A stretch of DNA of 49,189 nucleotides, counting the filler, from Catajapyx aquilonaris (taxonomy: Eukaryota), in the NCBI GenBank assembly GCA_000934665.2. It is 3 parts of 3 records of this genome, joined end to end, with 100 filler letters (N's around TTAATTAATTAA, not from the genome) between each part and the next. Parts side by side here need not be neighbours in the genome. Positions count along the whole stretch, not along the records: positions 32,866 to 49,189 come from JYFJ02007233.1; 2 more parts are not named here. One strand, 5' to 3'. Below, one piece after another: positions 47,474 to 49,189 of the stretch (positions are counted from its first letter, which is position 1; each line of letters begins with the position of its first letter). The translations under genes and the position numbers were made by a program. Below the pieces are notes generated by a model. That model had not been told where the DNA came from. It made no database searches and saw only the letters and a list, made by a program, of their open reading frames with translations.

Positions 47474-48082
47474 GTTTTATTCAAGAGTGAAACCCCAAGG
47501 AAAAGTCCAAGGGGGTGTGCCTGTAATCGCATAGTTGTTATCATCACAGCTTTGCAGGAGTTACGGACTGACAGTGACAAAAAGTGTGCTCAAGTGCACA
47601 TGTGTCACTGGATCACGCACTGGATAAACAACCAGCGTGTATATGTTTTAGACTAGTGTAATATGTAAATAAAAATAGAGAGCAATATGGCTCACGTTTT
47701 ATGAGAAAACTGCTATAGTCGCTGTTATAAAAAATAGCTGCTTTGTATACAGCGCCACGAGCGGCGAACAGCTCAGATTGGATATGAGCGGGAACATTGC
47801 GTTATAAATAGGGAATAAAAACTATACTACCTGTATATACTACCATACCACATTACAATACATGCTCGGAAATGACTGCCGCAAACATACATTGAACAAG
47901 ACGAGCATTTCCAACGTGTATAACCTGTTGGACACCTTGATTGTTAATAAACAACCTCTTTGGAATATAGACCAAAAGGGGTAAACACCTAAAGTCAGCA
48001 GACCTCCGTTGAGATATGCAGAAATTTGGTGTTTAACACCTTGGTATCATCTAAAAACCGTGTTACCGCAATTCTGACCATC
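47474..48082. promoter_or_regulatory. Probable bidirectional promoter/5' UTR region between SNX4 and the plus-strand gene
   Basis: About 610 bp separate two divergent start codons; no transposon recognised here. Inferred from geometry only. Confidence 0.5.
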
Positions 48083-48818
48083 ATGAGTTCGCCTAAAAGA
48101 GTACAATGGTGTCAGAAGGTACGCGTATCCACTGGCGAGGTTTGGCCCCTAAAGGAGTACCGCCCAGACGCACCCAGACCCCAGCCAGTCGTCAAAAGGC
48201 AAGTACCGTGCAGCACACTGTGTATAAAACACATTCACATTATTTCCCCCCCATTTATATACGCCACCAGTGTCTGGCAAATATTTGGAATAATTTAGGA
48301 GGTTTGAATCGCGTTCTTGGCTAGTAACAGCTATAACGGCTATAACTACGCATAGCTGTTATTTCTAGCCGGCAGCCCGGCAATGTCAGGGGACATTGGT
48401 GCATAGCGAGCATGTTCGCACCACGTTCCCACTGGTATTCCCACCACTTTTAGGCGGGTGTCCCAGCGGTTGCTGGATCGTCAGGAAGCATTGGCCGACG
48501 GGGAACGTCGGCTACTTCCCATAGATCTTAGTGAATTCCAGCTGGAGGATCCGGAAGGGGTGTCTGCCCCAAAGAAGAGTAAGCTGGTGGATTCGGCGTC
48601 GGGTCTACCCACGCCAGAGGTACCGAAACTGCCGCGGAAAGGTATCCTTAAGATGAGCACGAAGGCGGTCAATCTGGATTATTACAGGAAATTGGTTCAA
48701 ACTTATGTCGAGAGGGTAAGGAAAAAATAATAATTTTGAATTGGCTGAGTGTAATAGGTGGTTTGGTTACTGAAATTAGAAAAACTAAATGTTAAATTTA
48801 TTTACATTTCAGGTGTGA
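48083..48818 (+). CDS. Uncharacterised spliced gene (~127 aa if exon 3 is terminal) with RVxW and GILK PP1-docking motifs
   Basis: Exons 48083-48198 (donor AG|GCAAGT), 48454-48715 (acceptor ttttag, donor GTAAGG) and 48813-48818 (tttcag|GTG TGA) join in frame, 384 nt. The exons are GC-richer than the introns. Confidence 0.65.
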
Positions 48819-49189
48819 GAGTTTGATGGTTTGATGCTTGTTTGTGACAGTTGTGATCCGGTGTGAACTAATGTGGACTTACACCTGCACTCCTTTTTAG
48901 TTGTTGGAACAGCTTTGCAGATTGCATGGCTTGTTAGGAGTTATGTGAATATGATGCTTATGCTATTGTTAAAAGTCTGTTTTTAATGTAGGTTAAATTA
49001 ACACAGGTGGTATGCTTGCCACTGGGCAAAAGTTGTGTAAATAAAATGATTAGTAGATGCAGGGGCTTGTACTGCTTATGTTTGCATCTACTGCCTGGGT
49101 CAGTGTCGGCTTGGACCCTTAAGGGCCCCGCGGGAAATAGGTATCTGGGGCCCCCTGACAATATTTAACAAACACCCACACCGGGGGGG

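Overview
Eukaryotic, intron-containing genomic DNA, probably from an insect or other arthropod (short GT-AG introns, tRNA-derived SINEs, many DNA-transposon MITEs, internal TTAGG repeats). It is a draft scaffold with two artificial N-TTAATTAATTAA-N gap linkers. By manual splicing I reconstruct four recognisable genes, all on the minus strand: molybdenum cofactor sulfurase (ma-l/MOCOS, 9 coding exons, 823 aa), a divergent MDP-1-like HAD phosphatase (4 exons, 172 aa), the 3' half of UBXN4/erasin, and sorting nexin 4 (10 exons, about 438 aa). An unrecognised plus-strand gene lies head-to-head with SNX4; it has a GC-AG intron and two PP1-docking motifs. Introns and intergenic DNA are dense with non-autonomous Tc1/mariner, hAT, piggyBac, PIF/Harbinger and Kolobok elements, several SINE families, a solo LTR and many fold-back hairpins. 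I see no prokaryotic-type system (CRISPR, operon, etc.) and cannot claim a new biological system. The best leads are the orphan PP1-motif gene, the degenerate MDP-1 active site, a candidate SNX4 cassette exon, the missing UBXN4 5' half, and a covarying 3' stem-loop shared by different SINE families. Family assignments come from motif recognition by eye; no database search was run.
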